From IMG/VR virus record IMGVR_UViG_3300037502_002621, positions 577 to 64,576 of that record: a DNA stretch of 64,000 nucleotides. The stretch is one strand, 5' to 3'. Position numbers and translations under genes: made by a program. This document shows positions 36,229 through 46,005 of this stretch, piece by piece (the stretch's first letter is position 1; the number at the start of each line of letters is the position of its first letter). A model generated the notes under the pieces. That model had not been told where the DNA came from. It searched no databases and saw nothing but the letters and a program-made list of their open reading frames with translations. Source of the stretch: a virus (taxonomy: Duplodnaviria > Caudoviricetes).

Positions 36229-36884
36229 TATTTAGAAACCATCGAACCTTGAATGTTTAACAATAAGGTTCTTGCGACAACTTCCGTAAGTTCTTCAAAC
36301 TTTAAGACACCATTTTTCAATAAGAACTTTTGAACCTTCTCTTTGTTTTCAGGTATCAATTCTTTGAACAAGTCGTTAAGTTGTTCGACTGTGTTTGGTC
36401 TTGCCTTTTGGTTTTGATCACCCACAACACTCTTGGCAATTTGGTTTGCCTTAAAGTCGGTTGCTTTGGTTGTTGATGTGGAATCGTTATCTTCTGGTAA
36501 ATCTTCACCAGCATAGATATACAACCCTAAACCATGACGGCTAATCGCTTTGGTTAATGAGCGTTGAATAGACTTATTCACATCAAACGAAGTTAATTGT
36601 TCAAGTGGAATAGATTTATTACGGAAGTCCATAACAGGCAATTCTTCAATGTGTTCAATACCTTCTACGGTCACACCAGTCTTAACCCACGCAGTTCGAC
36701 CATCGGTAAAATAGTTCCAACCATCTTTGTTTTCGTAGATGGTGTAAGACGCATTGGGGAAATTTTCTTTTAACACACCCCAAGCCCATGCCCACGATAA
36801 GTAAGTAAGACCATTCTTCTTTTCTGCCTTATCATTAACATTGATTTTAGATAACACTTCATAGACTGATTTTGTTTCTGCCAT
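36228..36884 (-). CDS. DUF1071/Sak3-like ssDNA annealing protein
   Basis: Identical protein to 3095..3751. Confidence 0.85.
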   Translation of the reverse strand: MAETKSVYEVLSKINVNDKAEKKNGLTYLSWAWAWGVLKENFPNASYTIYENKDGWNYFTDGRTAWVKTGVTVEGIEHIEELPVMDFRNKSIPLEQLTSFDVNKSIQRSLTKAISRHGLGLYIYAGEDLPEDNDSTSTTKATDFKANQIAKSVVGDQNQKARPNTVEQLNDLFKELIPENKEKVQKFLLKNGVLKFEELTEVVARTLLLNIQGSMVSK

Positions 36885-36896
36885 ACATTTCCTTTT

Positions 36897-37055
36897 TTAG
36901 TAGCACATTAAGTGCCGATATTTTTTATAGCCAACATTTATTAAGAAACGAGTTTTGCGACCACACACTTCACATCTGCGACCACGATCATTGTTGTAGA
37001 GATAACTTATGTCGCATAATCCGTTATCGTTCCATACATATCGTGTTTTATACAT
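36897..37055 (-). CDS. Small Cys-rich protein (52 aa)
   Basis: Homolog of 3765..3920. Confidence 0.65.
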   Translation of the reverse strand: MYKTRYVWNDNGLCDISYLYNNDRGRRCEVCGRKTRFLINVGYKKYRHLMCY

Positions 37056-37079
37056 AGACCACCTGCCTTTCTGTAATAC

Positions 37080-37108
37080 ATCTTAAATCAAGCATTTTAT
37101 AAAGTCAA
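37080..37108 (-). promoter_or_regulatory. Sigma70-type promoter
   Basis: TTGACT-17 nt-TAAGAT. Confidence 0.6.
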
Positions 37109-37123
37109 GCACTTTCGAAAAAA

Positions 37124-37438
37124 TTATTCTCCACCCCATTCATTGTCCGTATCAACCATTTTGTCTAAGTTAAAATGAAACACGTGAAATTGTAGATTTT
37201 CCCAAGACATATCAAATTTATTATTTTGATAAAACACATAACCATTGTGTCCAGTTGCTAAACGATAACCTTGTCCGTTAAAACTAATTTCTAAATTAAG
37301 TTCATCGACACCATCTTTTTTCGCAAAAATATATTCGTCATAATTTGCGTATGGAACAATCGCTTTACAAATAAACCCAACACTTTCTACAAAAGTCAGC
37401 AACTTAATTTGATGTTCTTCTCTTTGTTTTTGGTTCAT
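37124..37438 (-). CDS. Hypothetical protein
   Basis: Homolog of 3979..4293. Confidence 0.7.
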   Translation of the reverse strand: MNQKQREEHQIKLLTFVESVGFICKAIVPYANYDEYIFAKKDGVDELNLEISFNGQGYRLATGHNGYVFYQNNKFDMSWENLQFHVFHFNLDKMVDTDNEWGGE

Positions 37439-37476
37439 AAGAACCCCCTTTGAATATTATGTTATATCAAAACAAA

Positions 37477-37851
37477 TTATTCGTCAATACTTTTTTTGCG
37501 TTTATATTTTGGAATGTAAATAAGTCCGTCTTGAACGAGTCTAACAAGCATATAAGGGTAAATTGTTTCTTCAAAAGAAAATGCGTCTAACTCTTCTTCA
37601 AAGGTTAAATAATTTTCTTTCGTGTATTTTTTATTGTAAATACTTGGCAACTTCTTGTGATCGTTTGTGACTGATAATCTCACTTCACGAGTGGTTGCGT
37701 CAATGCGAATTGATATTTCAACATTGTTTTTATCGGCTGTATTAGCATTCGCAACATACCAATATTCATTCGTTCCTCCCCAATATGTAAATCCATACGA
37801 CTCTAATTCGGCAAACGGCACTTCTTCTTTTAACTTGATTGGCACTGCCAT
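37477..37851 (-). CDS. Hypothetical protein
   Basis: Homolog of 4332..4706. Confidence 0.75.
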   Translation of the reverse strand: MAVPIKLKEEVPFAELESYGFTYWGGTNEYWYVANANTADKNNVEISIRIDATTREVRLSVTNDHKKLPSIYNKKYTKENYLTFEEELDAFSFEETIYPYMLVRLVQDGLIYIPKYKRKKSIDE

Positions 37852-37920
37852 ATCATGTCCTCCTGAAAGAAATTATAAACGATAAAATGTATTTTGTCCC
37901 ACTAAAATGTCGGTCGCTTA

Positions 37921-38095
37921 TATATTTAGTATGTTATATATATAATATATATAAAAAGAATATATAACATCTATAATCATATACATACATATAACAAATA
38001 TAATCTTATAAGTCTTATTACTTTCTTTATCATATAAAGAGTATTGCTAACATATTATATAAAGCGATTGCTAAGATAATCATAGAAACTTGACG
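37921..38095. repeat. AT-rich repeat site 1, unit B
   Basis: As 4776-4960 with one fewer TATATATAA unit. Confidence 0.6.
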
Positions 38096-38220
38096 CTGAC
38101 GCTTGGTCTGTCTCTCTAAAGATAAAAGAAGCGATTTAAGACACGATATGTGTTGGGTAATGTTCTTATAGCACCCCTACCCCATTTGTTTAACCATAGC
38201 GTTGTTTTGGTGCTTAGATT

Positions 38221-38302
38221 ACATTTGCCACTACCTAACAACGAGTTGCCCGTGCGATATTACACTCATAGTAGGCATTAACCTACAACTGGCGTTGAAT
38301 GT
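38221..38302 (-). ncRNA. Candidate structured RNA/ssDNA element, unit B
   Basis: Homolog of 5086..5167 with stems retained. Confidence 0.35.
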
Positions 38303-38390
38303 GGGTTATCTTTTTAGGAACTTTACACTACTTTTTTAAGAATTGATAGTTTGTAGTGTAATTTAGTTGTCGTCATTTTGTAGGCAACCA

Positions 38391-38426
38391 AATAAAAACA
38401 CCCACCGAAGGAAGGGCGATGGGTGT
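38391..38426 (-). terminator. Intrinsic terminator
   Basis: Same hairpin as 5572..5607. Confidence 0.8.
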
Positions 38427-38443
38427 CGGTCAATGAATTACTT

Positions 38444-38510
38444 TGGTGGCAATATCGGGACAACCCGAGTTTCCACAATGCTATGAGCAAGGGGTCTAAT
38501 TGGTATTGCC
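38444..38510 (-). ncRNA. tRNA-Met-like RNA (67 nt), unit B
   Basis: One substitution relative to 5625..5691; TGTGCTATAAT at 38518-38528. Confidence 0.65.
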
Positions 38511-38529
38511 ACAATTCATTATAGCACAA

Positions 38530-39387
38530 TTATTTAACAACTTCGGCAGTTTCATATACACGCAATTCTTTTACGAGTGATCCATTATCATACGATTCCA
38601 CAAAGCGTGATATGTAATTTCTACGAACATCATAAATCTTCGAGTAGTCCGACATAATATCTAATCCAAGTTTATACGCAAACCCATAGGACATAATTGA
38701 TAAACCAACATTAAATACCGAATCATAAACGGCTTGTCCAACCGATATATCATCGCTAATAACGGCACTTGAAGAAATTGCTAAGGTAACGAATGTTAGA
38801 ACCATCTTTGGGAATAACTCACGCAATATCGTATTTTTTTCGCTATACAAAGCCATTTGAATACGATTGCGAATATCATACGCAGACAAGTATGTTTGAG
38901 CATTCACAAATGGGAAATAGAAATCGCCATGTTTAAGTTTCTTAATCAACTTGTAGTGCCAATGATTTAATGAGTAATCATTTAACTTTACTCGTATATC
39001 TCGCAATGGCAACGCATATAATTCGTTTGGTATGCCGTTAGCAAACAACACATCTTTAATGTATTGTTCTCGTTGTTTCTCATAATCCATTTTCACAAAT
39101 AAACCGAATGTGGTTAATAAACCTTTGTCTTTAATTAGCGTGATGGCACGAACTAACAATGACTTTGATTCTTTGTGTTGGTCTTTGTTTTCACCACTTA
39201 ATTTACCATCAGGAATACCAAAGTAAATCCAAGCAACTTGTAGTAAATACTTGAAGAATAATTCTAACCAAAAGCGTTCGGTTAAAATCTTCGACATATC
39301 TAAACCGACTTGTAAAATCGAATAGATAATTAAGATTGCTAATACGAGTGGGTAAAGAATTAACTTGTAGGTATCAATCTTTTTCAT
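38530..39387 (-). CDS. Multi-pass membrane protein
   Basis: Homolog of 5722..6579. Confidence 0.75.
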   Translation of the reverse strand: MKKIDTYKLILYPLVLAILIIYSILQVGLDMSKILTERFWLELFFKYLLQVAWIYFGIPDGKLSGENKDQHKESKSLLVRAITLIKDKGLLTTFGLFVKMDYEKQREQYIKDVLFANGIPNELYALPLRDIRVKLNDYSLNHWHYKLIKKLKHGDFYFPFVNAQTYLSAYDIRNRIQMALYSEKNTILRELFPKMVLTFVTLAISSSAVISDDISVGQAVYDSVFNVGLSIMSYGFAYKLGLDIMSDYSKIYDVRRNYISRFVESYDNGSLVKELRVYETAEVVK

Positions 39388-39587
39388 TCACGATTACCCC
39401 ATAACAAATCGCTAATTAGAAATGCCAATGGCACAGACAATATCAATAGCACCGAGATAACCGTTGGGTTGGTAATAAAAGCGATAAAATCGAAATCGGT
39501 TAATATCGCATAGACTAACCACGCACCAAAGATTAAACCACCGATAATGGTGGTGATCAAGTGTTCCTTTAATTTGCGAATATTCAT
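39384..39587 (-). CDS. Small 2-TM protein
   Basis: Homolog of 6576..6779. Confidence 0.7.
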   Translation of the reverse strand: MNIRKLKEHLITTIIGGLIFGAWLVYAILTDFDFIAFITNPTVISVLLILSVPLAFLISDLLWGNRE

Positions 39588-39588
39588 A

Positions 39589-40059
39589 TTACTTACCTAA
39601 TATTTTCCTTTCTTGGTATATCTTTTCTTTACGAATAGAATCAAACATTAACAATGTATAACCAATTGTGCCACTAATTAGCGATACAATGCCAAAGGTG
39701 TATAACACCGATGATAATTGCCCAATCACATAAACAGCACCAATCAACATAGCGAACGATACGGCATATTCGACTAACTGAATAAATCGCCAAAAAGCAG
39801 GAACTGGACGACCTTGTATGTCGCTAACATGTAAGACTTGGACTAATCGTTTGCGAATGTTTAAGATATAGACCAATAACATAATTCCTAAGATAACAAC
39901 AGCCCATATGGACGCAACCAACCTTGAACCACTTGGGGTATCGGTTGGTGTAATCGTGGTAATATCAATGGCAATATAACCGATATAAACAAGTGGAACA
40001 ACCCAAATGAAAATAAAACCTAAGGTTGCTAACCAGTTGCCTTTACGACTTTTAGACAT
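39589..40059 (-). CDS. 4-TM membrane protein
   Basis: Homolog of 6781..7251; first loop diverged. Confidence 0.75.
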   Translation of the reverse strand: MSKSRKGNWLATLGFIFIWVVPLVYIGYIAIDITTITPTDTPSGSRLVASIWAVVILGIMLLVYILNIRKRLVQVLHVSDIQGRPVPAFWRFIQLVEYAVSFAMLIGAVYVIGQLSSVLYTFGIVSLISGTIGYTLLMFDSIRKEKIYQERKILGK

Positions 40060-40066
40060 AGATTAC

Positions 40067-40522
40067 CTACTCTTTCTTTTTAAGAATGGAAACGGCTTTT
40101 TGTTCAACAATTTTAACGGCACTTGCTACTTTGTCGGCAATTTGTTCTTGGATTGATAACGATTGTTTCTTCTCTTCCAAAGTCTTTAACAATTCTTTTG
40201 CCTTGGTGTTGGGCGATAACTTTGCTAATTCAATAAGTAATTGGTCATTAGCGTCTTGATATTCTTTTTGTGCTGTTTCTAATTCGGTAATCTTTAATGC
40301 GTCCAATTTAACACCTTCTTTAAGTTCATTAATTTTATCGCTTAAAGTTAATATCGCAGTGTTAGAAGGCATAAAGGAACGAATAATCGCCACAGTCCCA
40401 GTGATCGCACCAGCACCAATAGTAGTCACCCAAGTCCAAGTGTTGTTTAACAACTCGGTTAAGAAACCCAATGATTCGGGTTGTTCGGCAACATCGGTCA
40501 ATAGTTTAATAAACGGATTCAT
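40067..40522 (-). CDS. Membrane-anchored coiled-coil protein
   Basis: Homolog of 7259..7714. Confidence 0.7.
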   Translation of the reverse strand: MNPFIKLLTDVAEQPESLGFLTELLNNTWTWVTTIGAGAITGTVAIIRSFMPSNTAILTLSDKINELKEGVKLDALKITELETAQKEYQDANDQLLIELAKLSPNTKAKELLKTLEEKKQSLSIQEQIADKVASAVKIVEQKAVSILKKKE

Positions 40523-40887
40523 TCTTCTTGACCTCCAATAAACTCTTCATATTCTTCTTCGGTAATTTCACCCTTAATTAACTTGATTTCCATTTCTAAG
40601 CGTTCTAATTGCTTTTGAGATTCAACCAACGCTTTGGTGATGGATTGGAATTGTAATTGTAGGGCATTATCTTTTTCCACTTCTTTTTTCTTCAATAAAG
40701 CATGGTGTTCTTGTTTGTTCAACTCGGCTTGTTTCTTCCAAGTGTCCAATGATTCGTCCGTATGCCATTCAAGTAAATGGATTTCAATGACTTTGCCATC
40801 TGGTGCTTTTTCAAGATAAACAAGTTTATCGCTAACTGCGATTTGCTTACGCACTTGATTTTTAATTTCGCTTAATGTTTGTCGCAT
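40519..40887 (-). CDS. Coiled-coil hypothetical protein
   Basis: Identical protein to 7711..8079. Confidence 0.75.
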   Translation of the reverse strand: MRQTLSEIKNQVRKQIAVSDKLVYLEKAPDGKVIEIHLLEWHTDESLDTWKKQAELNKQEHHALLKKKEVEKDNALQLQFQSITKALVESQKQLERLEMEIKLIKGEITEEEYEEFIGGQEE

Positions 40888-40916
40888 AATTATAATCTCC
40901 TATATAAATTATAGCA

Positions 40917-41198
40917 TTATGATATAGTGGGTTTTACCCCAAAGAACTTCTTATGAATAAAGACACCAATGGCGAATGTTATCGGTTTCTCAATGGTAAA
41001 TGGCAACCACAAAAAAGTTTGATAACCAATACCGATTGATAACAATAAGTCATTCTCGAATAACCACCCAATTAGAATGGCGATATAAGACCAACCATTT
41101 GTGATAATCCAAGCGATTCCGAATGATATTAACATCTTGTATGTTAAGTATGGTTTTAGTTTATTTAACCACTTCTTTGTCTTTAAGATTATGTTCAT
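40917..41198 (-). CDS. Small membrane protein
   Basis: Homolog of 8109..8408. Confidence 0.7.
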   Translation of the reverse strand: MNIILKTKKWLNKLKPYLTYKMLISFGIAWIITNGWSYIAILIGWLFENDLLLSIGIGYQTFLWLPFTIEKPITFAIGVFIHKKFFGVKPTIS

Positions 41199-41304
41199 GC
41201 GATTTCATTAACTGGGACTTATGTTCGTCTTTTGCCAAGCGTAATTCTTTCCACTTGGGTAATCTACGGGTATCTCTACGATATGCCCTATCGGTCATTT
41301 TCAT
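41161..41304 (-). CDS. Small basic protein (47 aa, not in ORF track)
   Basis: MKMTDRAYRRDTRRLPKWKELRLAK...; homolog of 8353..8481. Confidence 0.6.
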   Translation of the reverse strand: MKMTDRAYRRDTRRLPKWKELRLAKDEHKSQLMKSHEHNLKDKEVVK

Positions 41305-41474
41305 AAATATATCTTTTCTTCGCCATTAAAGATTTGATAACGATAAGTCAATATCTTTTCCATTGACCAACTTGATGGAAATGGTGATTTTTCTAATTCA
41401 TACATAAACGCAAATGATTGTGGTTCTACATCAATGGCAATAATCTTAAAGTTAATATCGGTATATATTTTCAT
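41301..41474 (-). CDS. Small tail-fibre-associated protein (unit B only)
   Basis: MKIYTDINFKIIAID...; ATGA-coupled on both sides; follows fibre genes. Confidence 0.6.
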   Translation of the reverse strand: MKIYTDINFKIIAIDVEPQSFAFMYELEKSPFPSSWSMEKILTYRYQIFNGEEKIYL

Positions 41475-41974
41475 TTTTCTAACCATACCCTATGAATACG
41501 GATTTCGGTATATTCTACATCTGGTCCAGTTGTTGCTTGATAAGCATTAACACGAATGTATTTACTACCCGTTAATGCGTTAATTGCCAATACCGATGTT
41601 TTACGACCAGTTCCAGCACCATAACTAACTCTTGCGTCAAAGTTATTGTAATCACCATTTTTATCGCCATCTACAATCAAATAAAAAGAACCTTCGTTGA
41701 TTACTTCCCAATCTACATACACACGCTTATAATCGGTTATATCAACTGTGCTATTGGTCACATAAGCAATATTAGTGGTCATAAACCCAGTAGGTTGATT
41801 ATCAATAACCAAAGTGGCATAAGAACCACCTTCGGTTAATGTTCCACCACCAACTGTGCCACTACCAGTGACGCTATCAATACCTTTAACCCACGACACA
41901 TCTTCTGTGCCACTTGTGTATAGTTTTAGCGTTATCGGTGAAGCCGTCCCAAATTGTGAGAATATTGTTTTCAT
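41471..41974 (-). CDS. Second short tail-tip/receptor-binding protein (unit B only)
   Basis: Beta-rich with VDITDYKRVYVD..IRIHRVWLE pattern typical of small fibre tips; start MKTIFSQ likely. Confidence 0.65.
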   Translation of the reverse strand: MKTIFSQFGTASPITLKLYTSGTEDVSWVKGIDSVTGSGTVGGGTLTEGGSYATLVIDNQPTGFMTTNIAYVTNSTVDITDYKRVYVDWEVINEGSFYLIVDGDKNGDYNNFDARVSYGAGTGRKTSVLAINALTGSKYIRVNAYQATTGPDVEYTEIRIHRVWLEK

Positions 41975-41981
41975 GTTATCA

Positions 41982-44900
41982 CTATGCTTCAAGCGATCCA
42001 ACTAACACCCATTCATCAGTGCCAATTTTCTTTAATGCGACAGAACCATATTGCCCACTAATCTTGCGTTCCGAGTTCTTTGAGTTTAAGGTCACACCAC
42101 TTGTTGGGGAAATCGACACTGTGCCAGTTCCATATCTTAATATAGCAAGTTCGGTATCGATTGGGAAAGCAACGCTACTATTAAGTGGAATTGTGACCGT
42201 TAAGTTAGACGATGAGTTAATACGGACAACTTTACCCTTGTCTGATAAGACCAGTGTGTAATCAACCGTTTGTGCGTTAGATGGCGTTCCAGTAAAGTTA
42301 GCAATACCATCTTTTTCAACACTTGAAACAACATCTGAACCATAAATCCATTCTTGTAAGCGACCAGTGGCACTAACATTTTGTTGTCTAACTTTAAGCG
42401 TCACATTAGCGTCATTAATGTTTCTTAATATAGTAATTCCAGTTGAAGCAACATTAACACTTGCTTGATTTGCGTTGGTAGTAAAATATAAACCAAAACT
42501 TCCAGTAGAACCATAACCTTGTGTGGTTTGGAAATAACCACTATCGGTAATGTTAGCAACTGCCACACCTGCTTTTTGCCATACTTGAATGTTGCCAGTG
42601 GCAGACGAGTTCGCTAAATTAACGATTAACGCAGGGTTTGCGTCATTGATATTGCGAGAGATAATAGCACCATTATTTGTTAATTCTAATTGTGCGTTAT
42701 TTACAGTAACCAAATTTGAAATTCTTGGAAATCTTGCTAAACCATCACTTGCTACAAGACCAACAGCACTTCCATTAACTCTCCATTCGGCAAGGTTTGC
42801 CGTTTGCGAAGCCAGTGTATCAATAATAAGTGGTATTCTATTTGTCGCACCCGATTTGACTTGTAATTGGGCTGTGGGAGATGTTTCGTTAATACCCACA
42901 AGACCATCATCACGAATACGCAACTTTTCCGTTAGAGAACCATTTGTAAATGAGTGTAAAGAAATATCAGTATCACCACTTATAGCACGATTAGTTCTAA
43001 CTGCTCTCATTTCGGCAAAGTTTGTAGTTCCTTCGCTATTAGTCACTCTAAAACCTAACAAAGCATAATCGTTTGTTGTTGTTGAGTTTCTACGGATTTG
43101 AAAACCATCGGTGTTTCCAATGGTTAAAATTGATAAAGTATTGGTAGGACTCGCCGTCCCAATCCCAACCTTGCCATCGGGTAAAATGGTCATTTTTTCC
43201 CCAAAAACACCAGTATTTACGGTTTCAAATACTAATCTACCACTATTGTCAGCACCACTTCTTAACGCACGAATAGTTGAAATTGTGTTATCTACATTGG
43301 CGTTATCTCTAATTTGAAAAGCAACATTTGAACCAAATCCATCTACCATATCGCCACTTGAAGTTCTCTTAAAACTAACAATAGCACCACTTGTATTTAT
43401 GTCAGTAGTTGTTCTTTCAAATAAATGAAAATTAGAACTTGACGCAGTTAAGTTCGGTAGCAACGCTACAGCACTCGCATTTCTATCAAACTTGAACTCG
43501 GTGACACTCGCATTACCGAACACCATTTGGTTGGACTTGTCGGTGTATGATTGATAACCAATAGCAGTAGAGTTAGTCGCAGTCGCTAATTGAGTTCCCC
43601 ACGCACCAGTAAAACCAGAGTTAAAACCAATAAATGTATTTCTACCAGTTCCAGTTGTAATTGAACGACCACCATTCATTCCAACACCAACGTTTTCATT
43701 ACTTGTAGTCAATGAACTTAATGCCGTTCTACCAACTGCGACATTATCATTTCCACTTGTTAAACTCTCTAATGAAAAACTACCAACACCAGTGTTATTT
43801 GTTCCAGTGTTATTTAATGTTCCACTTGTTAAACCAACAAAAACGCTTGAAGTTCCTGTTGTATGTAGTAATCTCGTTCCATTTTGGTTGATGAACCCAT
43901 CTTTCGTGATTTCTAACTTGTTCGCACCAGCCGATTGTAAGCGTAAAATATCGCCAAGACCTTGAATTTGGTTAATCGTTAATGCTGGGTTTATATTAGT
44001 TAAATCATTTACATCTCTTTGAATTAAAGTTCCGTTATTGCCCATATCTAAACGAGAGTTAGAACCAGTGGTTAAGTTTAACAACCCAGTTCCCCTAAAA
44101 TAACCAGCACTTGTTAAAGTTGATAAATTAGAATTGTTTATTTTCCACTCTTGTAAATTAGCAGTCGTTGAAGCAATCCCATTAACGATTAACGGACTTG
44201 TTCCAACAGCACTATTTGTGATACGAGTGTTGGTTAGCGTTTGTGTGCCATTAACGATATTGTTAGATTGTGTTTCCGTTGCTAAACCTCTATCGCCAGG
44301 AAACGCAGTCGTATTTGTCGTTCCCAAAGCAAGTGAAGAACTAATTTCCACATAAGCACTACCAGACCAACGATATATCTTATTGGTATCTAATGCGACA
44401 TAGATAATACTTGCTTCGCCAACAAGTGGAAAATTTGCCAACGAGGCAAACTCTTTAATATCATCAACACCACCAGGCAAGTGAATACTTGGTATTTTAT
44501 TTGAAGAATCTAATGGGGCAACACCATTTGCCACACCTTTTGAAGATAACGGCACATAGGTCGAAGAAGCCGTTGCTAATTTGAGATATGTGGTATCAAT
44601 TACATCGCCATTTTGGTCGGCTAACGCTTTACCCACAGTTGTAGTGCCATCTTCAATATTAAGAATATTGCTTTCGGCAGTGGTTAAATCGGCAACATTT
44701 TCCCAACGAGAATTCGTAGAATTATAACGCAAGACATTTTTATTGGCAACCGATGTAATATTTACATCTTGTAAATCGCCTAACTTGGGTTCAATGTTAA
44801 TACGAACTTGATAAACACCATTATTCGATGGATTACTTGTTTCTGCTTTGATGACGGCACACATTAAAATCTTAGCATTTGGTGCTGTCGGAATCGTAGA

Positions 44901-45965
44901 AGTTAATTCACCATTGTTAATACTACTGCTGGAAAAATACAATAGATTACCAGCGACAAATGAACCCGTATCAACACCATCTAATTTACCAAAGTGTAAG
45001 ACATAACCAAAATCATTATTGGCAATATTGTGTTTGGCAATACCCATAATTAATTTTGGGTTCGCATTGATTTCGGCAGGAACGGCTGGTTTCATTAAGA
45101 TATGGTCGCCTTGATAACCACCAAATTGAATAACTTGTCCCTTTGTGATCGTGGCACTGGCTTTACCATAATAAAACACATCTTCGCCAATTTCCATATT
45201 TACATCGTTGTATAAACCTAATTGGACTGTGCCATTGGGTTGTTCCCAATTTAATTTACCCGTATTGGTTGTAATGTCGCCATTACCCGTTGGGGTTAAT
45301 TTTAGCGTTTCCATATTAAGTTCAACTTCTTCGGCAGTCGAACCATTGATGTAATATAACTTACCTAATGAACCATCGGCATTATTCTTGACTAAGAACC
45401 ATTGTCCGTTATACACACCACCAACTAAACTTGGTAATGAACTTGCGATAACAAATATGCCGTTATTTACATTTAACTTCGCAGATAACGCACTTAAAAA
45501 AGTCGTCACATCGCTTGGGTCAAATGGTGGCACTTCTTCGGTTGAATTTGGGGCATACGCAATTTGTAAGTGGAAAATGTCGCTAACATAAACAGGGGCA
45601 GTCACCGATGTAATTACACCATCAACAATTGTAATGCCACCTTTATATGCCTTGAAAGCAATCGTCACTTTACCGACATAAGCACTATACCAATCATTCA
45701 ATTCTAACTTATAGTAGGTTTCCAATCCAGCAACAACTTTGGTTAAAATATCATAGCGTTTATCGCCATTTGCTCGTTTAACATCTACGGCACATTGAAC
45801 AGCACCCAAATCTTCTTCGTTGGGCATGTAGAATCGTATTTCGGTTGCTTCATTCGCACCGATAAAATCTTCGCCAAAATAAGAAATGGGTTTGCCATTT
45901 GCGTCATACGGCTTTCTATCGGACTTGTAATAAACATTGATTATTTTTGCTGTGTTAAAACTCAT
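41982..45965 (-). CDS. Tail fibre/receptor-binding protein, alternative C-terminus
   Basis: N-terminal ~430 aa nearly identical to A fibre; ends DYTLVLSDKGK..AFPI..EWVLVGSLEA without S74 chaperone. Confidence 0.85.
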   Translation of the reverse strand: MSFNTAKIINVYYKSDRKPYDANGKPISYFGEDFIGANEATEIRFYMPNEEDLGAVQCAVDVKRANGDKRYDILTKVVAGLETYYKLELNDWYSAYVGKVTIAFKAYKGGITIVDGVITSVTAPVYVSDIFHLQIAYAPNSTEEVPPFDPSDVTTFLSALSAKLNVNNGIFVIASSLPSLVGGVYNGQWFLVKNNADGSLGKLYYINGSTAEEVELNMETLKLTPTGNGDITTNTGKLNWEQPNGTVQLGLYNDVNMEIGEDVFYYGKASATITKGQVIQFGGYQGDHILMKPAVPAEINANPKLIMGIAKHNIANNDFGYVLHFGKLDGVDTGSFVAGNLLYFSSSSINNGELTSTIPTAPNAKILMCAVIKAETSNPSNNGVYQVRINIEPKLGDLQDVNITSVANKNVLRYNSTNSRWENVADLTTAESNILNIEDGTTTVGKALADQNGDVIDTTYLKLATASSTYVPLSSKGVANGVAPLDSSNKIPSIHLPGGVDDIKEFASLANFPLVGEASIIYVALDTNKIYRWSGSAYVEISSSLALGTTNTTAFPGDRGLATETQSNNIVNGTQTLTNTRITNSAVGTSPLIVNGIASTTANLQEWKINNSNLSTLTSAGYFRGTGLLNLTTGSNSRLDMGNNGTLIQRDVNDLTNINPALTINQIQGLGDILRLQSAGANKLEITKDGFINQNGTRLLHTTGTSSVFVGLTSGTLNNTGTNNTGVGSFSLESLTSGNDNVAVGRTALSSLTTSNENVGVGMNGGRSITTGTGRNTFIGFNSGFTGAWGTQLATATNSTAIGYQSYTDKSNQMVFGNASVTEFKFDRNASAVALLPNLTASSSNFHLFERTTTDINTSGAIVSFKRTSSGDMVDGFGSNVAFQIRDNANVDNTISTIRALRSGADNSGRLVFETVNTGVFGEKMTILPDGKVGIGTASPTNTLSILTIGNTDGFQIRRNSTTTNDYALLGFRVTNSEGTTNFAEMRAVRTNRAISGDTDISLHSFTNGSLTEKLRIRDDGLVGINETSPTAQLQVKSGATNRIPLIIDTLASQTANLAEWRVNGSAVGLVASDGLARFPRISNLVTVNNAQLELTNNGAIISRNINDANPALIVNLANSSATGNIQVWQKAGVAVANITDSGYFQTTQGYGSTGSFGLYFTTNANQASVNVASTGITILRNINDANVTLKVRQQNVSATGRLQEWIYGSDVVSSVEKDGIANFTGTPSNAQTVDYTLVLSDKGKVVRINSSSNLTVTIPLNSSVAFPIDTELAILRYGTGTVSISPTSGVTLNSKNSERKISGQYGSVALKKIGTDEWVLVGSLEA

Positions 45966-46005
45966 ATATATACCTACCTATATCAATTATATCATTGTAA
46001 AAATG